A DNA stretch of 64,000 nt from an uncultured Bacillota bacterium (GTDB lineage Bacteria; Sysuimicrobiota; Sysuimicrobiia; Sysuimicrobiales; Segetimicrobiaceae): NCBI GenBank assembly GCA_963804645.1, contig CAWDRG010000015.1:96001-160000 (forward strand), in the 5' to 3' direction. The notes below the pieces were generated by a model. That model saw only the letters and a list, made by a program, of their open reading frames with translations. It searched no databases and was not told where the DNA came from. This document shows, one piece after another, positions 46,993-55,021 of this stretch. A program made the position numbers and the translations under genes. Every line of letters starts with the position of its first letter. The stretch's first letter is position 1.

Positions 46993-47778
46993 GTGCGCAT
47001 CCTCACGTTCCTGTCGGACTTCGGCGGCCGGTCGCCCTACCCGGCGGCGATGAAGGGCGCCGCCGCGTCCGTCGTGTCCTGTGCCGTCTCGTTCGTCGAC
47101 ATCTCGCACGACGTGCCGGCGCGCGACATCCGCACGGGCGCGTATTTCCTCTGGTCGGCGGCGCCGGCCTTTCCCGCGGGCACGGTGCACTGCGCGGTCG
47201 TCGATCCCGGCGTCGGAACCGCGCGCGTGCCCCTCGCGGTCTTGTCCGGGGGACAGTGGTTCGTCGGGCCGGACAACGGCCTGTTGATGCCGGCGGCCCA
47301 CCGCCTCGGGGTGCCGATGGCGGTGCGCCTCGCCGAGCCGAGCGAGGCACGCGCGTCCGAGACGTTTCACGGGCGGGACGTGTTCGCACCGGCCGCGGCC
47401 CGGCTCGCGTGCGCAGTCCCGATCGAATCGCTGGGAACCCCGGCCGCGGCCGTGGTCGACGCGGAGTTTTCGCCCGGCCGGCGCGCCGGCGGCGTCCTCG
47501 AGGGCGAGGTCCTGTGGGTCGATCCGTTCGGAAACGTGGTCACCACCATTCCGGGCGCGCTGCTGCGCGACGAGGCGCTCGCGTCGGAGTGGCTTGTCGA
47601 GGCCGGCGACGCGGAGCTGCGTGCGGTGGCCGCGCGCACGTTCGGAGACGTGCGCCCCGGCCACGCGGTCGTGCTGGTGGGCAGCGACGGCGTGGTGGAA
47701 GTGGTGGTCAACTGCGGAAGCGCCGCCGCCGCGATGGGCGCGGCGCCCGGCGCGGCGGTGCGGCTCCGGCCGGCCTGA
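46993..47778 (+). CDS. SAM hydroxide adenosyltransferase / chlorinase-fluorinase family (DUF62)
   Basis: LSDFG, DISH, VVDPGVGT.R, GPDNG, SETFHGRDVF and D.FGN motifs. Confidence 0.9.
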   Translation: MRILTFLSDFGGRSPYPAAMKGAAASVVSCAVSFVDISHDVPARDIRTGAYFLWSAAPAFPAGTVHCAVVDPGVGTARVPLAVLSGGQWFVGPDNGLLMPAAHRLGVPMAVRLAEPSEARASETFHGRDVFAPAAARLACAVPIESLGTPAAAVVDAEFSPGRRAGGVLEGEVLWVDPFGNVVTTIPGALLRDEALASEWLVEAGDAELRAVAARTFGDVRPGHAVVLVGSDGVVEVVVNCGSAAAAMGAAPGAAVRLRPA

Positions 47779-47927
47779 ACCGGCGCCTCTCTCGCCGGAC
47801 CCCCATCTGCCGGGCGGTTCGGGACGAAGTATGGAGACGAGGGAGGCGGTGCCATGGGGACGCAGTCACAGGAGACCGCGCGGTCGGCGTGCAATCCTCC
47901 GACCGACACGGTCAACGCGAGGTGGCG

Positions 47928-48494
47928 ATGGCGGGCGCGAGCACACACGGGGACGATGACGGGGCACTGCTCGAGCGCATCGCGCAGTCCGACGCCGATG
48001 CGTTTGAAGTTTTGTACGATCGCTACAGCGGGGCGGTGTACTCGGTGACACGCGGCATGCTGCAGGATTCGCAGGCGGCGCAGGAAGTGACCCAGGACGT
48101 GTTCCTCGGGATCTGGCGCGGCGCGCACGCGTTCGACCCCCAGCGGGGGAGCCCCCGGGCGTGGATTCTGTCGCTCGCGCATCATAAGAGCGTCGACGTG
48201 CTGCGGCGGGTCCGGTACACCGTCGTGCCCCTGTCCGAAACGATCGTCGATGATTCCGACGTGGTCGCGGAGACGCTGCGGAAGGTCGAGGGCGTGCGTG
48301 TGCAGACCGCGCTGTCCTCCCTCACGATCGAGCAGCGGACGGCGCTCGTGCTCGCCTACTACGGAGGGTACACCCAGCGGGAGATCGCACAGAAGACCGG
48401 CACGCCGCTCGGCACGATTAAGACGCGGATGCGGGACGGGCTGCTGCGACTGCGCGCGGTGTTGGAGCCAGACCTGCAGGAGATCGGACCATGA
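47928..48494 (+). CDS. ECF sigma factor (SigK-like)
   Basis: AFE.LYDRY, QEV.QDVF..IW, FDP.RG and LAYYGG.TQREIA...G.PLGTIKTRMRDGL motifs. Confidence 0.92.
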   Translation: MAGASTHGDDDGALLERIAQSDADAFEVLYDRYSGAVYSVTRGMLQDSQAAQEVTQDVFLGIWRGAHAFDPQRGSPRAWILSLAHHKSVDVLRRVRYTVVPLSETIVDDSDVVAETLRKVEGVRVQTALSSLTIEQRTALVLAYYGGYTQREIAQKTGTPLGTIKTRMRDGLLRLRAVLEPDLQEIGP

Positions 48495-49429
48495 CGCACG
48501 CGGACGCCCAGGAACTGATCGCCGCGTACGTCATCAGCGGGCTCGAGCCCGACGAGCAGCGCGCCCTTGAGGCACATCTCGACGGGTGTGCGGAGTGCCG
48601 TCAGGAGCTCGCGCGGCTGCTCGAGGTCAGCGCCGCGATGGCGGCGGGGTTGCCGCAGACGCCGCCGCCCGCGGCGCTGCGGGAGGCGGTGATGGCGGCG
48701 GTGCGGCCGGTTCCGGCCCGGCGTCCCGCCGCGGTCTGGTTCGCGGTCGCCGCGCTCGGCGTGATTGCCGGGGCGATGGTGCAGTTGGCCGGACGGCTGT
48801 CCCTCCTCCTTCCCACCGACTTCGATCGGGCGACGCGGCTCGCGGCGCTGCTCGTCGCGGTGGTGGTGTTCGGGGTGGTCGTCGCGGTCGTGGCGCGTCT
48901 GTTCCAGCTCGTGACGACCGCGTCGTCGGGACGGCTGCAGGCGGTGCCGGCGGCGCGTCCCACGCCGCTGTGGCTCGCGGTGGGGACGGTGATCATCGTG
49001 CTGCTCGGCGCGCAGGTCCTCCTGGTCCAGCGGCAGAACGCGGGGCTTTCCGCCGAGCTCGATCAGCAGTCGCGGCTGCTCGCGATGCTCACGAGCCCGA
49101 CGTCGACGACGATCGCCCTGACCGGATCGGCCCCCGGCTCGGTGCGCCTCGTGGTCAACGTGAAGGTGCACGAGGGTGTGCTGATCGCGAACGGGCTCGC
49201 GTCGCCGACGGCGGGGTCCGTCTACCAGCTGTGGCTGCTCGGCGGGCCGAAGCCCGAGAGCGGCGCGGTGTTCTCGGCGGGGCCGCAGGGGACGACGATT
49301 ACCGTGTTGGGCGCGGATTTCTCGCGCTACCGCGCCGTGGCGATCACCGTCGAACCGGGGCCGCGGGGCTCGCCGCAGCCGACGACCACCCCGATCTTGA
49401 CCGGGAGGCTCCCCGGCGGCAGCGCCTAA
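48491..49429 (+). CDS. anti-sigma factor (zinc-finger HxxxCxxC + RskA-like domain)
   Basis: HLDGCAEC, PPP..LR, YQLW and AITVEP...GS.QPT motifs. ATGA overlap with the sigma gene. Confidence 0.88.
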   Translation: MTHADAQELIAAYVISGLEPDEQRALEAHLDGCAECRQELARLLEVSAAMAAGLPQTPPPAALREAVMAAVRPVPARRPAAVWFAVAALGVIAGAMVQLAGRLSLLLPTDFDRATRLAALLVAVVVFGVVVAVVARLFQLVTTASSGRLQAVPAARPTPLWLAVGTVIIVLLGAQVLLVQRQNAGLSAELDQQSRLLAMLTSPTSTTIALTGSAPGSVRLVVNVKVHEGVLIANGLASPTAGSVYQLWLLGGPKPESGAVFSAGPQGTTITVLGADFSRYRAVAITVEPGPRGSPQPTTTPILTGRLPGGSA

Positions 49430-49507
49430 CAGGACGTGGGCGGGTCGTCGTGGAACTTCATGAGACTTTCCGGCGCTTGGTCCAGTATCCGTGGACGGGA
49501 GGGTCGC

Positions 49508-50863
49508 ATGAAGCTTCGAGCGCTCGCCGCGGCACTGATCGGCTTGCTCGTCGTACTGGTGGGGCCCGGCATTCCCGGGGCGGAGGCTGCGGACGCCCAG
49601 TTCGTGATCAGCGCCGTCCGCACGCTGGAGGCGCACTACGTCGATCCGCTGGGGACCCCGACGCTGCTCAACGCCGCCCTCGAGAGCCTTCAGACGCAGT
49701 TCCACGTGGAGCCGTTGGGCGGACCGATTCCCGACGGTGCGAGCGCGGCGGACGCCAGCCGCCTGTTCACGCAGCGCTTTGATGAGATCGCGAGCCAGGA
49801 GGGCGGTCGGGCGAGTGCCACCCAGCTCGCGTACGCGGCGGTGTCCGGCATGCTCGCCAGCCTGCACGATTCGCACACGGCCTTCATCCCGCCGGCCGCG
49901 TATCAGGAGCAGCAGCGCCGCGAGGACGGCGCCGCGGCGTTCGTCGGCATCGGGATCGAAACGCTCTACCGCGACGGTCAGGTCTACGTCGACGAAGTGT
50001 ACCCCGAGAGCCCCGCGGAGACGGCCGGCGTCCAGCCGTTTGACCGGATCGTCGCGGTGGACGGCCAGACCGTCGCCGCCATGGATGACGGCGGCGTGAG
50101 CGCGACGATCCGCGGCGCGGACGGCACCCCGGTCGTGCTGACCGTGATGCGGGCGGGGCAGGCCGCTTCGGTCGACATCCGCATCATGCGTGCGCCGATC
50201 CGCGTGCCCCGCGTGTCGAGCCGCCTGCTCGACGGCGGCATCGGGTACGTCAGGATTTACGAGTTCGTCCCCGGCACGGGCGGGGCGTTCCGCAACGCCA
50301 TCTTCGGCCTGCGGCGGCAGGGCATGCGCGCAATGGTGCTCGATCTCCGCGGCAATCCCGGCGGGTTGGTGGACGAACTGCGCGATGTCTCGGCGGCGAT
50401 CCTGCCGCAGCGCTCACCGATCGTCAAGATGCGCACCCGGTCGGGACGGGAAGAGATGCTCGATACGTCGGATCCGCCGATCGTGCCCGCGGACACGCCG
50501 ATCGCGGTGCTGGTGGACGAGGACACGGGATCGGCGGCAGAGCTGCTGTCCGCCGCGCTTCAGGAGCAGTCGCGCGCGGTGATTGTCGGAACACGGACGG
50601 CGGGCGCGGTCGAGATCGGCATCACCGTCCACCTGCCCGAGGGCGCCGGGATGGCGATCACGGTGGCCCGCGTGTGGAGCGGCAAGGGGACGCGGCTTGA
50701 GGGAAGCGGCGTCACCCCCGATGCCCTCGTCACCCTGACGACGGACGCGATGAATCTGGGGCACGACAGCCAGCTCGACAAGGCGGTCCAGGTCGTTCGG
50801 GACAAGCTGGCGGCCGCGAGTTGGACGCGTCCCGCGCCGTTGTGGGCCGCCCAGGCGGCCTAG
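49508..50863 (+). CDS. S41 family C-terminal processing peptidase (PDZ)
   Basis: Signal peptide, then L.DSHT, GIG, SPA..AG, VLDLRGNPGG, TGSAAE and G.GV.PD motifs. Confidence 0.88.
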   Translation: MKLRALAAALIGLLVVLVGPGIPGAEAADAQFVISAVRTLEAHYVDPLGTPTLLNAALESLQTQFHVEPLGGPIPDGASAADASRLFTQRFDEIASQEGGRASATQLAYAAVSGMLASLHDSHTAFIPPAAYQEQQRREDGAAAFVGIGIETLYRDGQVYVDEVYPESPAETAGVQPFDRIVAVDGQTVAAMDDGGVSATIRGADGTPVVLTVMRAGQAASVDIRIMRAPIRVPRVSSRLLDGGIGYVRIYEFVPGTGGAFRNAIFGLRRQGMRAMVLDLRGNPGGLVDELRDVSAAILPQRSPIVKMRTRSGREEMLDTSDPPIVPADTPIAVLVDEDTGSAAELLSAALQEQSRAVIVGTRTAGAVEIGITVHLPEGAGMAITVARVWSGKGTRLEGSGVTPDALVTLTTDAMNLGHDSQLDKAVQVVRDKLAAASWTRPAPLWAAQAA

Positions 50864-50926
50864 CCTGGTCCTCGTGCGTGGTGCGGGAAGGGCGCGGGCG
50901 GTCCCGCGCGCCGGTGTGCGCGGCCT

Positions 50927-51523
50927 GTGACGGCGGCGTTCGAATGTGAGGTCCGGTTCCTCATCCCCGACATCACCGCGTTTCAAGCGCGCCTGGCCGC
51001 GCTCGGGGCGCACGGCATGGAGCGCTACGCGTTTACCGATCATTACTTTCACCCCCGGGAAGGCGCATGGAATCCGCGGACGCACGCGCTGCGCGTGCGC
51101 GAGTGGCGTGAGCCGGCCCGTTCGAGCGAGCTCCTGCTCACCCACATCGAAGCTGTCAGCGTAGACGGGCTGGCGTGCAAGCGGTCGCGCCTGCCTCAGG
51201 GGAAGCTGCGGCTGCACGAGGGATCGATCGACGAGTGCGCCGGTGTCTGCCGTGCGCTCGGCTTCGTCCCGTGGCTCGATGTGGTGAAGACCGACTGCGC
51301 GATCTGCGACCTCCCCGGGTTGGGCAGGGCGATCTATGAGCATGTGGACGGGCTCGGGTGGACGAGCGAAATCGAGGTCGACGGCACCGACGCGGCCGCC
51401 GCGCTCGCGCACATCGGCGTGAAGCTGGCCGCGCTCGGGGTGCCCGTCGGGGCGGTGACCGACACGCCGATGGCGGTCCTCGTCGCGGAACGGATCGGGC
51501 TGCTGCCGTCCCCCCCGCCGTAA
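50927..51523 (+). CDS. CYTH (class IV adenylate cyclase-like) domain protein
   Basis: ECEVR (ExExK/R), D.YF, LRVR, V.K and V.GLG...EIE motifs. Confidence 0.8.
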   Translation: MTAAFECEVRFLIPDITAFQARLAALGAHGMERYAFTDHYFHPREGAWNPRTHALRVREWREPARSSELLLTHIEAVSVDGLACKRSRLPQGKLRLHEGSIDECAGVCRALGFVPWLDVVKTDCAICDLPGLGRAIYEHVDGLGWTSEIEVDGTDAAAALAHIGVKLAALGVPVGAVTDTPMAVLVAERIGLLPSPPP

Positions 51524-51636
51524 CGTCCGGCGGTCCGGCCGGCGCCGTCTGCGGGAGTATACTGAGGGGTGGTGCCGGCTTCACGAGACGCGCCGCGAGT
51601 TGAGTCGCGGCGGTCGGCGCCATCGGAGGAGTGGGA

Positions 51637-52221
51637 ATGCGCGCCCTCGGCATCGCGGTCTTGATCGTGGTTGTGCTCGGGCTGGTGGTCTACTCGTCGG
51701 TGGCCGGGACGTACAACCGGCTCGTCCAGGCCAATCAGCAGGTCAGCGCGGCACAGGCCGACGTGGAGACGCAGCTCCAGCGTCGGTTCGACCTGATCCC
51801 GAACTTGGTCGAGTCGACCAAGGCGGTGCTGTCGCAGGAGCGCGCCGTGTTCGGGGCGATCGCCGAGGCACGCACGCACTACGCGGGCACGCAGCCGGGC
51901 TCCCCGGCGCGCGTCGACGCCGCGAACCAATACGAGGGCGCGATCGCCCGCCTGCTCGTCGTCGTCGAAAACTACCCCGTATTGCGCAGCAACGAGACGG
52001 TCCAGTCGCTGATGCAGCAGCTCGCCTCGACCGAGAACCAGATCGCGTACGCGCGCCGCAACTACAACCAGGCCGTGCAGGCGTACGATACGATGCTGCA
52101 GTCGTTTCCGACCGTGCTGTTCGCGCGGACGCTCGGGTTCCAGCCGCGTCCGTACTTCGAAGCGCAACCCGGGTCCGAGCAGGCGCCGCGCGTCGATCTC
52201 ACCCTTCCCACGAAGCCTTGA
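51637..52221 (+). CDS. lemA: LemA family protein 1
   Basis: N-terminal TM, then YN.LV, QRRFDLIPNLV, ENYP.L, TEN.IA.ARR.YN and FP motifs. Confidence 0.92.
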   Translation: MRALGIAVLIVVVLGLVVYSSVAGTYNRLVQANQQVSAAQADVETQLQRRFDLIPNLVESTKAVLSQERAVFGAIAEARTHYAGTQPGSPARVDAANQYEGAIARLLVVVENYPVLRSNETVQSLMQQLASTENQIAYARRNYNQAVQAYDTMLQSFPTVLFARTLGFQPRPYFEAQPGSEQAPRVDLTLPTKP

Positions 52222-53087
52222 CGGCGGCGTGGGCGTCCGCCGGCCTGAGGCGGCCGGCGGCGGCGGTCCTGGTCTGCTGTGCCGTCGCATGGGCGGCCGC
52301 CGCCCTCGCGGGCCCCGCGGCGTTTCCCCAACCCGTCGGATACGTCAATGATTTCGCGAATCTGCTCGCCCCGTCCGCGCGGGCGAGCCTCGACGCGAAG
52401 CTCGCCGCCTACAGCCGCGCGACCGGCAACGAGATCGCGATCGCGATCTTTCCCGACCTCGGCGGCGCGCCGATCGACGACTTCACCGCGCGCCTTGAGG
52501 AGGCGTGGAAGGTCGGCCGCCGAGGTCAAGACAACGGCGTGCTCCTGGTCGTCGCGGTGCGCGAGCGCGAGGTTCGGATCGAGGTGGGGTACGGGCTCGA
52601 AGGTCGGGTGACCGACGCGCAGGCGGGCGAGATTATCCGGCGGGACATCGCGCCGTCGTTTCGCGCCGGTGACTACGCCGGCGGCCTGAACGCGGCGGTC
52701 GACGCGTTGATCGCCTTGATCGGCGGCGCGCCCGGCGCCGCGCCCCCGCCCCCGACTGCCGGCTCCGGCTCCGAGTCCGGCTCGTGGTGGTGGCTGGCCC
52801 CGCTCGCCTGGTTCGGCGTGCTCGGGGTGATGGCGCGCCTGCGCGGCCGGCGCTGCCCGCGGTGCCACGCCCGTCTCGTCGCGTCGGCGGGCGGCGGCAA
52901 CACCGTCGTGTGGTCGTGCCCGCGCTGCGGCTACCAAGAGAAGACCGTGCGGTCGACGGGGCCGATGTTCGTACCGCTCGTGGGCGGGGGCGGCGGGTGG
53001 GGCAGCGGCGGCTTCAGCGGCGGCGGTGGATTCGGCGGGTTCGGGGGCGGCGGATCGGGCGGCGGCGGCGCCTCGGGAGGATGGTGA
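52218..53087 (+). CDS. TPM domain membrane protein with Zn-ribbon and Gly-rich tail
   Basis: YVNDFA, W.VG....DNGVL and RIEVGYGLEG motifs, a TM, CPRC...CPRC, and a GGFGGFGGGGSGGGGASGGW tail. The start (TTG 52218) is uncertain. Confidence 0.85.
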   Translation: MTAAWASAGLRRPAAAVLVCCAVAWAAAALAGPAAFPQPVGYVNDFANLLAPSARASLDAKLAAYSRATGNEIAIAIFPDLGGAPIDDFTARLEEAWKVGRRGQDNGVLLVVAVREREVRIEVGYGLEGRVTDAQAGEIIRRDIAPSFRAGDYAGGLNAAVDALIALIGGAPGAAPPPPTAGSGSESGSWWWLAPLAWFGVLGVMARLRGRRCPRCHARLVASAGGGNTVVWSCPRCGYQEKTVRSTGPMFVPLVGGGGGWGSGGFSGGGGFGGFGGGGSGGGGASGGW

Positions 53088-53088
53088 C

Positions 53089-53493
53089 GTGACGAACCGT
53101 GCGCACCGCGCGCTGAGCGGCCCCGAGAAGGCGCGCCTGCGTCATCTCGTCGAGGGCATCGAGCGTGCGACCGGCGCCGAGATCGCGGTGCTCATCGTGC
53201 CGCACGTCCACGACGTCGAGGGCTTTGCGACGGCGCACTTCAATCAGATGGGCATCGGCAAGCGCGGCCACGACAACGGGATTCTCGTGCTCATGGTCCT
53301 CGACCGCCGGGTCGTCCGCATCGAGGTCGGCCGCGGCCTCGAGACGGCCGTGGGCCCCGAGGCCGCCCGGCGGGTGATCGCCGACGTGATGGCGCCGCAG
53401 TTGCGGGCGGGCCGGTACGGGGACGCGGTGCTGCAGGGGATCGAGGCGCTCGGACATCTGATCCGCGCGGCCGAGATCCCCGGCCGTCCGTGA
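53089..53493 (+). CDS. stand-alone TPM domain protein (no signal)
   Basis: E..TG.EI, GIG....DNGIL and RIEVG.GLE motifs. Confidence 0.85.
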   Translation: MTNRAHRALSGPEKARLRHLVEGIERATGAEIAVLIVPHVHDVEGFATAHFNQMGIGKRGHDNGILVLMVLDRRVVRIEVGRGLETAVGPEAARRVIADVMAPQLRAGRYGDAVLQGIEALGHLIRAAEIPGRP

Positions 53494-53497
53494 GCGC

Positions 53498-54103
53498 GTG
53501 AACCTGCCCGGACCGTCGCATCCCCCGCGCGGCGCCGCGACCTACGTGCTCGGCGCCGTCGTGGTGTGCGCGGCGGCGGTCGGCATCTGGGCGTCGGGGA
53601 CGTACAACGCGCTCGTGCAGGCGCGCGTCGCGGTCGACACGCAGTGGTCGCAGGTGGAGGTGCAGTATCAGCGGCGGGTCGATCTGGTGCCGTCCCTCGT
53701 CGCGGCGCTGCGCGGGTATCTCATCCAGGAGCGGACCGTCCTGGAGGCGGTGGCGCGGGCGCGCGAGGCGTATCTCGCGGCACCGGCCGGGTCCACGGCC
53801 CGGGTGCACGCCGCCGGCGCGCTGGAGCAGGGGCTCGGGCGGCTCGTCGGCGTCGTCGAGGCGTCGCCCGCGCTGCGCAGCAACGAGACGGTGGCCGAGC
53901 TGATGGACGAACTGGCCGGGACCGAGAACCGCATCGCGGTGGAGCGTCGCCGCTACAACGACCGCGTGCTCGCCTACAATACGCGGGTGCTCACGCTGCC
54001 GTCGTCGCTCATCGCCCGCGCCGGCGGATTTCAGCCGCGCGAGTACTTCGAGGCGGCGCCGGGCGCCTCGACCGCGCCGTCCGTCACCCTCCCGCCGCGG
54101 TAG
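53498..54103 (+). CDS. lemA: LemA family protein 2
   Basis: YN.LV, W.QVE.QYQRR.DL.P and ELAGTENRIAVERRRYN motifs. Confidence 0.9.
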   Translation: MNLPGPSHPPRGAATYVLGAVVVCAAAVGIWASGTYNALVQARVAVDTQWSQVEVQYQRRVDLVPSLVAALRGYLIQERTVLEAVARAREAYLAAPAGSTARVHAAGALEQGLGRLVGVVEASPALRSNETVAELMDELAGTENRIAVERRRYNDRVLAYNTRVLTLPSSLIARAGGFQPREYFEAAPGASTAPSVTLPPR

Positions 54104-54776
54104 TGGGCAGCACCCAGATGAGCTCGGCCGCCTCCCGGGCGACGGTGTGGCGGATGCCGTTCGTGCGGACGATCAGCGGGCCCCGCGGCGTGGCCGCGGC
54201 CTCCACGTGGAGCTCGGCGTCGAGGTGCAGCCCCATCGCCAGCGACGTCCTGAGGACGTCCGTGCGCTCCTCGGGGAGCGCCGTGACCCGCGCGACCGTG
54301 CGGGGTCGCAGCGCGGCCAGGGTCTGATCCGGACGCACGCCGAGCGCGGCGTCCGACCGGGGAATCGGGTGGCCGTGTGGGCACGTCTCGGGATGCCCGA
54401 GCACCGCGTCAAGCCGGGACTCGACGGCAGGGCTGATGACGTGCTCCATCTTGCAGGCCTCGTCGTACACGGCGGGCAGATCCATCTTGAGGACATCGGT
54501 CAGCAGCCGCTCGGCCAGCCGCAGGCGGCGCACCACCTGCGTGGCGATGCCGAGCCCCGCGACCGACAGCCGGGCGCCGTCCTGCGACGGTTCCACGTAC
54601 CCGAGGTGCTCGAGCCGCTTCAGCATTTCGGACGCCGACGGCGCGGACACCCCCATCGCGTCGGCCACGCGGGACGTCGTCACGCGGTGGCCGGCCTGCG
54701 CGATCGTCAGCACGGCCTTCAGGTACATCTCCGTGCGCTCGACCTTGGCGATGTCGTGGGTCGTCATCGGGCTCAC
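54084..54776 (-). CDS. DtxR/MntR family metal-dependent regulator with FeoA domain
   Basis: EMYLK, VS.PS..EML.RL, R.RL.E.LL, EAC.MEH and CPHGHPIP motifs. Confidence 0.9.
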   Translation of the reverse strand: MSPMTTHDIAKVERTEMYLKAVLTIAQAGHRVTTSRVADAMGVSAPSASEMLKRLEHLGYVEPSQDGARLSVAGLGIATQVVRRLRLAERLLTDVLKMDLPAVYDEACKMEHVISPAVESRLDAVLGHPETCPHGHPIPRSDAALGVRPDQTLAALRPRTVARVTALPEERTDVLRTSLAMGLHLDAELHVEAAATPRGPLIVRTNGIRHTVAREAAELIWVLPTTAAGG

Positions 54777-55021
54777 GATCGAGAAGGTTACTTGTGCCGT
54801 TCGAAAGTCCCTGCTGCGCTCGTTGGGCGCGTCGACCGCTGCGCGTCGGGGCGGGCTTCACGGACGGCAGATGCCGGCCAGGAGCCGGCACGCCGACGGA
54901 ACGACCGACCGGGTCCACCGCGGTCCGGAATGCAGGCGCCCTTGGGTGTGGAGGGAAGACAGATGATGAGGCCCGGGCGAGATGGCCGACTCCGAACGTC
55001 GCCCCCCCTTGGAGACACCTC

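Noticed and set aside
46993..47778. Halogenase (chlorinase/fluorinase) of a natural-product cluster
   Set aside because: There is no biosynthetic context, and the widespread DUF62 hydrolase motifs (D, R, FHGRD) are present.
54777..55021. DtxR/MntR operator in the divergent intergenic region
   Set aside because: No convincing palindrome could be identified by eye.
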